Part shown: piece after piece, positions 54,569-64,000 of the stretch
Numbering within the stretch: the stretch's first letter is position 1
Layout: each line of letters begins with the position of its first letter
Assembly (NCBI RefSeq): GCF_001194135.2
Contig: NC_068986.1
Location: 24,955,694 to 25,019,693, forward strand
DNA length: 64,000 nt
Reading direction: 5' to 3'
Source: Octopus bimaculoides
Lineage: Eukaryota
Translations under genes and position numbers: made by a program
Notes under the pieces: generated by a model
Told to the model about the DNA's origin: nothing
What the model saw: only the letters and a program-made list of their open reading frames with translations
The model's database searches: none

Positions 54569-54934
54569 TTTATTCATATGAATGAACGAATATATATTGT
54601 TGTGTCGGATGTATCGCGTCGTTAAACGCCTCCGGGACAGAGTGGATTGATGAAGTACACGGTAAGATGAATCGTTGTTCTTCTTCGTCCGCCGATCATT
54701 ATAAATGACATTTAACGGTGCAGCAAAAGTTCGAATTATCTTTGATGTGTAATTTTTTCTAACGATTTTTTTCCGTGAAAAGTCATTATTTCTAGTCGAA
54801 AAGTGAGAATGTTGGCTGCGGTTGTTGCTGTCTCTTGTGCTTTCACTAACTTCTTTTGAAATGCTTACCCATAGGAAGGAAACTGTAAGTGATAGTAAAA
54901 ATATCAAAAGGAGACGACGAAAGTAAATCCTCAT
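54099..54934 (-). CDS. First coding exon of a type II membrane, probably Golgi, glycosyltransferase-like protein (GT92/DUF23, galt-1-like); downstream exons not located
   Basis: 279-aa ORF with normal amino-acid complexity. Short basic N-terminus, hydrophobic anchor (LLLIFLLSLTVSFLWVSIS), N/S/R-rich stem with poly-Asn, then WVFSAFYE..IRIIG..HCQLWF..IPEDHGRK, which matches the N-terminal part of GT92/DUF23 proteins as I recall them. The ORF ends at a canonical donor (AGGAA|GTAAGT, intron starts at 54098, phase 2). Family assignment is by recognition, not by HMM. Confidence 0.8.
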
Positions 54935-55518
54935 TATACTTTGGACAGGAATCTATTAATTTGTTTTGTTTTCCTTAGATAAATCTTTGTTTTTCTTTTA
55001 TTTTTTATTTATTCCTTCCTTTGTTTTTGTTTTGTTTTTTTATCTGTCGGAGGAAATCGATGGCTTGACTGTAGAATAATTTTGCCAAGTGACACAAAGG
55101 TACTAAAGAAGTATAAATAAATGTGCCCCAAAACAATTTGGTTTTATGTCCCTTTCCTCTTCAGATTTGTCGTCCGATTGGTAAAAAATACTAATAAATG
55201 TTCAGAGATCGAATCCGCTGTGTTCAATAAGAGTACTAAATGTTTACTGTAATTTACAGGGATTACATCTGTGATATGCATTTTTAAATAATAGATTTTT
55301 ATAGCGCTTAACTTCAGTCGAAAGAACTTTATATTTCTTATACTTTCAACTCTCTTTCTCTCCTTCTCTCCCTCTCCTCTCTCTCTCTGTTTCTCTCAAT
55401 CTTCCTTTCATATTAACCTCCTGTCCTCATTTTCTCTCTCACTCCACACTTTCTCTCTCTATCTGTCTGTCTTCTACGTCTGTTATGTCATGTTTCATCC
55501 GTCCATTCTCTCTCTCTC

Positions 55519-55567
<49 letters not shown>

Positions 55568-56078
55568 CTTTTTTCTCACAGTCACTCCCACACACGCTCA
55601 CACACACACACACACACGCACACACACACACACGCACGCACGCACTCACACACACACTCTCACACACACACACACTCACACTCACTCACTGACACTTTGT
55701 CTCGGCCTTCTTGAGTTATTTTCACTTCTTTTCCGGCTTGTTGACGATAGAAAGCGAGCTACAACTCCTACTTCACACAGACACGGCAGAGATAGTACAG
55801 GTGCAAAAGCAAACACTACCAGAAGCTCTGGGTACAGTGCATACGGTATCCTCCTTGCCGTTAAGATCTTCTTATTGACAGACGATAGCTGTGTTGACGT
55901 TAATGATGTTAACATTCCTGTTATAATAGAGGACGACAGACGGAGAAAACGAATTGCACGCTCGTGTATTCCTCACTTCGAACAAAATGAAAAAAATGCT
56001 TTCTAAATGATGCGTGTTGACCGCCTCTTAGTATTAACGCCGTTCTCCGCATCTAGATGGAATGTATGTGACTGTTTT

Positions 56079-56154
56079 TGTATAATCTGTACTAGTGTTT
56101 TCGCCTTTGTCTGCATTGTATAATCTGTACTAGTGTTTTCGCCTTTGTCTGCAT
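56079..56154. repeat. Perfect 2 x 38-bp tandem duplication
   Basis: TGTATAATCTGTACTAGTGTTTTCGCCTTTGTCTGCAT at 56079-56116 and 56117-56154. Confidence 0.95.
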
Positions 56155-56429
56155 GGCATGTAGGTGAATATTCTGCGACTGTTTATGTATATAAATGTAC
56201 AAGACTTAATGCCATTGTCCGCATGTAGATGACTATCTGTATCTGTTTATATACATAATCGTTCGGATGTGAGTCAGAAGCGTTCGCACAAGTGTCTGGG
56301 GAGGTCATTTGTTGACATTGATTGGATATCGACCCCTCTAGTGCCGAAGCTAGCCTGGCAGGCACATCTATACACTAAACTGGAAAGGTGTGAAAGCGAA
56401 TTCTGATACCCTGCAAACGTTACGCTGAC

Positions 56430-56580
56430 TGAAAAAGTGCTGCTCGCTCGCTTTACACACAAGACACACGCGCGAGCTGACACACTGTTGTGTTTCGAGT
56501 CAGACTACTGTGATAACCAGCCAATCAAAAGCCGGCTTTCTTGTGACGTAGTCGGGTTGCAATTGAACCCGCTAAAGGTC
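56430..56580 (-). promoter_or_regulatory. Candidate promoter region of the minus-strand glycosyltransferase-like gene
   Basis: Non-repetitive, CpG-richer segment about 1.5 kb upstream of the ATG. Contains AGCCAATCA (CCAAT box, ~56519-56527) and TGACGT. A possible 5'UTR donor (TGTCA|GTGAGT) lies near 55690 on the minus strand. Confidence 0.35.
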
Positions 56581-57573
56581 AGATGTCATTCCCATTTATT
56601 CCTCCAGTCTTCGGTTATTTTCATGTTTTTTATTGTTTTTATTTTTTTATTCTTCATTGTTATTCTTGTGTGTGTGTGTGTGTGAGCGTATCCATGTGTC
56701 TGAGCGTATCCATGTGTCTGAAAATATCTGTTTTTACATCCGTGTATCTACATATGTGCGTGAGGAACGTTTATCATTCTGGATCTCGTCTAAATCTTTC
56801 TCATTCTACGTGTATATATTTACATGCGTGTGTGCTTATATGTATATTTGTCTCTCTGATTCCGTGTAAGTACATTTGTGTGCAGTTATGCACTGTCGGT
56901 CCACGTTTGGCCGAGTGTATTTATATATAATGTATAGTCTATATGTGAATCACAATTCTATTCATAGTAAATTGGCTTCTTTTTTTTTTTTTTTTTTTTT
57001 TACTATATGTGCTTCTTTTTTATTTACTTTTAAGTAACACTTTTAAGTCTTTATTTTTTAATTTGTTTCGACTGCATATTTGTATTTATTCTGAGTTTTA
57101 CTTTTGTTGCTGATTTATTTATTTAATTTGCTTATTTTATTTATTGTAACGGTTAACTTTCTTTGCAAGCTTCAGATTTCCCTCTGTGAGCAAACAAAAA
57201 ACATTACATAAATGAATGATAGGGGGTTGACGGTGTTTACAAGTAGTTTTAGCTAAGGATGGACTAACTAATACAGACGACTATTGAGTAAAAAGGCGAG
57301 GGGACACAGAGAGGTGGAGGGGGACAAAGATGAGGAGAAGGAAAGAAAGTAAAGAAAGAAGGACAAAGAGGGGACAAGAAAGAAAGATGAGGTCGACAAC
57401 AACAGAATCGAAGAGCGCGGAAGAATGGGAAGTGAAAGTAGAAGAGGTGGGGGAATGAGAAAATGAGACGTACGACAATATAGGGAGTGCGAAAGGGAGA
57501 GGGGAGGGATGAGGGGGAGAGAGAGAGCCACAAAGTGAATAAAAACAAATAGATTCAGTAGACAAAAAGGCAA

Positions 57574-57635
<62 letters not shown>

Positions 57636-58051
57636 TGATTGATTGATATACATATACAAATACATACAAATATACATATATATATATATATATATATTTC
57701 ATTNNNNNNNNNNNNNNNNNNNNNNNNNNNNNNNNNNNNNNNNNNNNNNNNNNNNNNNNNNNNNNNNNNNNNNNNNNNNNNNNNNNNNNNNNNNNNNNNN
57801 NNNNNNNNNNNNNNNNNNNNNNNNNNNNNNNNNNNNNNNNNNNNNNNNNNNNNNNNNNNNNNNNNNNNNNNNNNNNNNNNNNNNNNNNNNNNNNNNNNNN
57901 NNNNNNNNNNNNNNNNNNNNNNNNNNNNNNNNNNNNNNNNNNNNNNNNNNNNNNNNNNNNNNNNNNNNNNNNNNNNNNNNNNNNNNNNNNNNNNNNNNNN
58001 NNNNNNNNNNNNNNNNNNNNNNNNNNNNNNNNNNNNNNNNNNNNNNNNNNN

Positions 58052-58090
<39 letters not shown>

Positions 58091-58260
58091 ATGTATGTAT
58101 GTATATACATATATATAAATACATACAGATACACGTTTATATATAATATACACATATATAAGCATATATATATACATGCATGTGCATATGCATGAATGTG
58201 TGTGTGCGTGTGTGTTCGTGTGCGTGTGTGTACATGTGTGTGTGTGTATGTGTGTGTGTG

Positions 58261-58312
<52 letters not shown>

Positions 58313-58949
58313 TATTACTGAAAAAGAGAGACAGAGAGACAGGAGAGAGAGAGACAGGAAAAAAGAAAGAGAGAGAGAAAGAGAGAGCCTACCAGAGATG
58401 GAAAGAAAAAAAGAAAAAGCAAATGTAAGAGAACGAAAGAAATATTTATAGACGGAGGAGAAAAAAGAATGAGAGAACGAAAGAACGAATGCATTATAAG
58501 AAACTCGGGAAGCAATAACAGAAGTGTGAGATGCAGAGATCGATAGAGAGATGGAGAGAGCAAAACAAATAGAGAGAGGGGAGTTGGACAGGAGGCAGAG
58601 ATAGAGAGATAATATGAGATGCCGGTGGATAAATATAGGCGTTTCAACCAGCTTCGTCTGAAATTCTTTCAGTGATCAATAAAAAGGAATGTTATTTTCA
58701 ATTTTAATTCCTTGAAAATAAGTCACGGCTCAACAGCTGTCTATTCCTTCTCATCCTACTTGTATCTCGCTCTCTTTTTCTCTTTCTCCCTCTCTCTCCC
58801 TCTCTCTCTCTCTCTGTCTCTCTTTTTCTCTACATCTATCTGTCTATCCATCCATCCATCTATCTACCTATCTATCTATCTCTTCTGTCTTTTTCTTCTC
58901 CATCTTCCGCTTCAACCTCCATACCGTTTCATAGTACAGCCTTCGTCTT

Positions 58950-58993
58950 TTACATCATCATCATCTTCTTCATCATCTTCTTCTTCTTCATCT

Positions 58994-59025
<32 letters not shown>

Positions 59026-59410
59026 TTCTTCTTCTTCTTCTTCTTCTTCTCCTCCTCCTCTCCTCTTCTTCTTCTTCTTCTTCTTCTTCTTCTCCTTCTT
59101 CTTCTTCTTCTTCTTATTATTATTATTATCCGTCTTATTATTATTATTATTATTCGTCTTCTTCTTATTCTTCTTATTCTTATTCTTATTATTATTATTA
59201 TTATTATTCGTCTTTTTTTTCTTTTTCTTCTTCTCCTCCTCCTCCACTTCCTTCATCTTCATTTGTTTTTGCCTTCATCTTCTTCGTCTTCTTCGTCTTC
59301 TTCATCGTTTTCTACGTTCTCTTCACTTTTTCTTCTTCATCTCCTCTTTCTTCCACTCCTTCTTCTCCATCATCATTATCTTTTTCTTCTTCATCTTTTT
59401 TCTGCTGGTG

Positions 59411-59458
<48 letters not shown>

Positions 59459-59708
59459 GTTCTTCTACTTCGTCTACTTTTTCTCCTCTTCCTCCTCCTC
59501 CACCTCCTCCGTTTTCTTATACTTCACCTTCGTCTTCCACTTTTCCTTCTTATCCCCTTATCCTCTTCTTCTCCGTCTCTTGCTCTTCTTACCGTCCTCT
59601 TCCTGCTCCTTTCTCTTTGTTCATCCCCTCTTTTTTTCCATCATCATCACCATCATCACCATCAGCAACATCATCGTCACCATCATCATCATCATCACCA
59701 TCATCTTT

Positions 59709-59762
<54 letters not shown>

Positions 59763-59830
59763 ATCAACATCATCATCATCATCATCATCATCACCAAAAT
59801 CATCATCATCATCATCATCATCATTGTCGT
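58950..59830. repeat. Compound trinucleotide microsatellite array (TCA/TCT/TCC/TTA/CTA/TCG)
   Basis: Directly visible successive trinucleotide tracts, with a strongly pyrimidine-rich + strand. Confidence 0.95.
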
Positions 59831-60195
59831 CATTGTCATTCTCTTCATCGTTATCACACTACGCTCCTCCCCCCCCCGACACCACCCCAGTTCCCAGCCT
59901 GTCACCCTTTATCCCTTCCTTCGGTACCATTTTCTTCCCTTCACACTCTACTAATTCTTTTTTTTTCATTTCATTGTTTGTTATTTGTATCCAATTATCA
60001 TATTGTTGTTTATTTGTGTTGTTGTTGTTGCTATATGATGAGGTGTCGTTTTTTTTTGTTGATATCTTCTTTTTTTAATTTTTGTATTGCTTTCTCCCTT
60101 TTTTTTTGTAATTTTTATTTATGTATTACTTCATTTATTTGCAGAGTGACAGAAGAGGAATACATTATTGTGCGTACATGTAATTTAAGAGACAG

Positions 60196-60277
<82 letters not shown>

Positions 60278-60694
60278 GCAGAGAGACAGACGGACGGACC
60301 AGCGGACTGGTGGACGGGAGGACAAACGGACAGACGGACGAACACATGGACGGCTTGATGGATGAAGGGTTGGATGGACGGGTAAATGGATCGACAGACA
60401 TGTATAAATTTATGGATCCATGAGGACGAACAGAATTCAGCGAGACAGAGTAAAAGCTCTAATCCATTGTATATAAATCCAAAAACGCAAACTTAACATG
60501 AAAAGTACGATGGAAGCAGTCATCATTCATTTACAGAAGCAATCCTNNNNNNNNNNNNNNNNNNNNNNNNNNNNNNNNNNNNNNNNNNNNNNNNNNNNNN
60601 NNNNNNNNNNNNNNNNNNNNNNNNNNNNNNNNNNNNNNNNNNNNNNNNNNNNNNNNNNNNNNNNNNNNNNNNNNNNNNNNNNNNNNNNNNNNNN

Positions 60695-60900
60695 GTCCCC
60701 TCTGTGTTTAGCCCCTTGTGGGTAGTAAAGAAATAAGAAACGTTAGCACGCCGGCGAAATGCTTAGCGGTATTTCGTCCGTCTTTCCGTTCTGAGTTCAA
60801 ATTCCACCGAGGTCGACTTTGCCTTGCATCCTTTCGGGGTCAATAAATTAAGTACCAGTTGCGTACTGGGGTCAATGTAATCGACTGGCCCCCTCTCCAA
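60695..60900 (+). mobile_element. SINE-A type-1 tail fused to a type-2 SINE-A body
   Basis: GCCCCTTGTGGGTAGTAAAGAAATAA|GAAACGTTAGCACGCC junction at ~60736, followed by a body ending ACTGGCCCCCTCTCCAA. Confidence 0.8.
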
Positions 60901-61369
60901 CCTAGGTCGGATCGCCTGGATGATGTTGTATGTTGTAAGACTCGAAACACCCAGTAACTCCAGGTTCTTTTCTACTCTAGGCACAGGGCCCAAAATTTTG
61001 TCCATGTGGCACTCTACAGACTTCATCGATCACCTAGTTTCAGTCAGAACCACCCAGATCAGTGGTTCTCAATCCTTTTGTGCCAATGGACCTACTTTTG
61101 TATTTTTATAATTAAATGTTATTAGGAATTGTATAAAATGATTAAAATATTTTGTGTATTGTAGAAGCATAAGCAATTTATTGCACATAAATCTATTATT
61201 CCTATAACAGATAAGTTTTTTTTTCTTTGTAATTATTAACTTATTGAATCACAATCTAATTACAGGGAAACAAAGAAACAGAAAAAGAAAAAGGAAAAGG
61301 TGGAGTTAAGCAGCTAAATAGTTGGCGGTCAATAAGTCACACACCCCAGAACAAATCGCGTGCTCAGCT

Positions 61370-61580
61370 GAGGTCCACCGTCGTTACCGCGATGGCGCTG
61401 CTGCAGAGAATGGCCAACGACATTCGCTGCAGCAGCCACTCCACCTCGCGAGACTCGTTTCTCAGGGGGACCGCCAGTATCTCGATTTTGCTGAGGAAAT
61501 CGGTAGTGCGCGGTCCGAGAACAGTTAACGTCGCGACGGCGACCGGCATAAAGTGATGACGGCTGATGAGACTCCCTGTA
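61370..61580 (-). mobile_element. CRE-like non-LTR retrotransposon C-terminal (endonuclease) fragment
   Basis: HFMPVAVATLTVLGPRTTDFLSKI...REVEWLLQRMSLAILCSSA matches the CRE-type pattern F.P.AVETLG..G..A..FL...WL.QR.S.AIQRGNA. Confidence 0.65.
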
Positions 61581-61599
61581 TTTATATGTTACTATAATG

Positions 61600-61860
61600 A
61601 CTTTTTCGCCTTGGTTCTGGCTGGCCCAATGCTACCTCCAAACACTCATTTCCAACCCACTCGTCTCTCCTCTTCTTATATTCTCTGTTGTGTCCAACCC
61701 CGCTCCCAAACCTTGCACTAATTACTCCACCCAGTCCTTACTTTCCAATACGTTATTACACCTGAATTCCCTTTCTGCTCATGTCTTTCCTACAGTTGTT
61801 GAATTGCAAGAATTCCAAAGGAACATTAATGGCATCAGTCTTCTCGATCTGGAAATCTGA
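61600..61860 (+). mobile_element. Highly decayed CR1/Jockey-group LINE 3' end
   Basis: ..CTNYSTQSLLSNTLLHLNSLSAHVFPTVVELQEFQRNIN resembles the RT..Y..SF...T..LWNSLP..VFP...LQ.FK terminus. Confidence 0.4.
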
Positions 61861-62163
61861 GAATCCAAGAAGGTGTGCGAAGGTCATAAGAACTGCCCAT
61901 TCCCTCCAAACTCGAAGTTTTTTGTTTATGTGAACTTCTGATCAATGCAGCCAAAATGATTAGCCACAGCTAATGGCATCCATTCAAATGTTGTACAGTT
62001 GTTTGATAATAAATCACACAACGTTAGAATCTTCCATCGTTGACATCATCGTCGCCATCTTTGTCTTTGCCACCATCATCATTATTGCATCATCATCCTC
62101 AACATCGTCATCGTCATAGTCATCGTCGTCGTCGTCATCATACGATAGTGTTTTTGCACACAT

Positions 62164-62214
<51 letters not shown>

Positions 62215-62969
62215 NNNNNNNNNNNNNNNNNNNNNNNNNNNNNNNNNNNNNNNNNNNNNNNNNNNNNNNNNNNNNNNNNNNNNNNNNNNNNNNNNNNNNN
62301 NNNNNNNNNNNNNNNNNNNNNNNNNNNNNNNNNNNNNNNNNNNNNNNNNNNNNNNNNNNNNNNNNNNNNNNNNNNNNNNNNNNNNNNNNNNNNNNNNNNN
62401 NNNNNNNNNNNNNNNNNNNNNNNNNNNNNNNNNNNNNNNNNNNNNNNNNNNNNNNNNNNNNNNNNNNNNNNNNNNNNNNNNNNNNNNNNNNNNNNNNNNN
62501 NNNNNNNNNNNNNNNNNNNNNNNNNNNNNNNNNNNNNNNNNNNNNNNNNNNNNNNNNNNNNNNNNNNNNNNNNNNNNNNNNNNNNNNNNNNNNNNNNNNN
62601 NNNNNNNNNNNNNNNNNNNNNNNNNNNNNNNNNNNNNNNNNNNNNNNNNNNNNNNNNNNNNNNNNNNNNNNNNNNNNNNNNNNNNNNNNNNNNNNNNNNN
62701 NNNNNNNNNNNNNNNNNNNNNNNNNNNNNNNNNNNNNNNNNNNNNNNNNNNNNNNNNNNNNNNNNNNNNNNNNNNNNNNNNNNNNNNNNNNNNNNNNNNN
62801 NNNNNNNNNNNNNNNNNNNNNNNNNNNNNNNNNNNNNNNNNNNNNNNNNNNNNNNNNNNNNNNNNNNNNNNNNNNNNNNNNNNNNNNNNNNNNNNNNNNN
62901 NNNNNNNNNNNNNNNNNNNNNNNNNNNNNNNNNNNNNNNNNNNNNNNNNNNNNNNNNNNNNNNNNNTTG

Positions 62970-63270
62970 GAAGTAAAGTGTGTAGAGTGCGGTAGTCTCA
63001 AAAAGAAGATCAGGTTTTCAACTGCGCAGGATCTGTGTTGAGGAAAACGAAAACTTTTTGAAAATGGTTATAACAGGTGACGAATCGTGTGTCTATAGCT
63101 ATGACCCTGAAACCAAAACATGAAAGATATCCCACTTGAAAGAAACAAGATTTCAAGACATGAAACAAGAATGCGACGAGGCAGCTGCTCGATATACTAA
63201 AAAAAAAAAAAAGTAGTTCTAAGAATATTTCCATCAATGGAAATGATGTTGGATAAAGTATTTGGCGTAG
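62970..63270 (+). mobile_element. Internally deleted mariner transposase remnant
   Basis: 63043-63120 encodes ENENFLKMVITGDESCVYSYDPETK (first catalytic Asp motif, TGDE.W..YDPETK). It is joined directly to C-terminal HLKETRFQDM../NATRQLLDILK../EYFHQWK. Confidence 0.75.
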
Positions 63271-63954
63271 TTTTCTTTTCATTCTATCAGTCCCGATACT
63301 TTTTGATCAGACCTCGTATGTTATGTATGTTTGTGTGCATGCATGTATGTATGTATGTATGTATGTATGTATGTATGTATGCATGTATGAGTGTCTATGT
63401 GGAGGCGCAATGGCCCAGTGATTAGGGCAGCGGATTCACGGTCATAGGATCGCGGTTTCGATTCTCAGACCNNNNNNNNNNCAACAATCCAACATACCTC
63501 CATCATCAGCTGCCCCATGGATATCACTATGTACATCTCTGCGTTTGTGTATGTATTTATGCATGCATGTGTGTGTGTGCGCGCGCGCGTGTTAGAACAT
63601 CTTTGCTTTTCATCACAATAATTTTTCAACGATTTGTACACGATTTGCAAATTATTGGCGACAGAACTGTTAGAAAGCTACTTAGTTTGCAAATGCTGCA
63701 AAAGATAATGTGTCTTATTTGTTTTGATCATTGGACTGAGGTCAGGCTGAGGAACTGTGTTGAAGGCTTCAGTCGAATGAGTCAACTCTAGTCATTTTTT
63801 ATGCTTGTTCGTTTGTTTGTTTTTTTTTGTTTTTGTTTTTTTTGATTTTGAAGTTTAATCCTTATTCTAACGAGTTCTTTTTGCCGAACTGCTACACTAC
63901 GGGGACGGAAACAATCCAGCAACGATTGTCAAGTGGTGATGGAAGGGAAAAACA

Positions 63955-64000
<46 letters not shown>

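Noticed and set aside
58712-60205. 497-aa and 271-aa ORFs
   Set aside because: Entirely trinucleotide microsatellite, starting at non-ATG codons, with no domain or splice support.

Overview
Eukaryotic, AT-rich, repeat-saturated draft-assembly window with roughly 9.5 kb (about 15%, hand estimate) of N gaps. The SINE, microsatellite and LINE landscape looks cephalopod (Octopus-like); this is inferred from pattern recognition, not from a search. Only one protein-coding exon is well supported: a minus-strand first coding exon (54934-54099). It encodes a type II membrane protein with a poly-Asn stem and the start of a GT92/DUF23-like glycosyltransferase domain, and ends in a canonical GTAAGT donor. 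A promoter-like region lies about 1.5 kb upstream. I could not locate the downstream exons. Almost all other ORFs in the track are microsatellite or N-gap artefacts. The rest is dozens of tRNA-derived SINEs (at least four families; my labels A, B, C, E), decayed LINE pieces (Penelope-like, R4/Dong-like, CR1-group, CRE-like), a mariner remnant, a Tc1/mariner-type MITE and many microsatellites. I found no convincing new multi-gene system. The most interesting signals are mobile-element biology: SINE multimers with a recurrent junction under one TSD, a Penelope-type minimal hammerhead motif, microsatellite-targeted insertions and a candidate partner element for a SINE tail. There is also an NRF1 + X-box motif pair at 16.9 kb.
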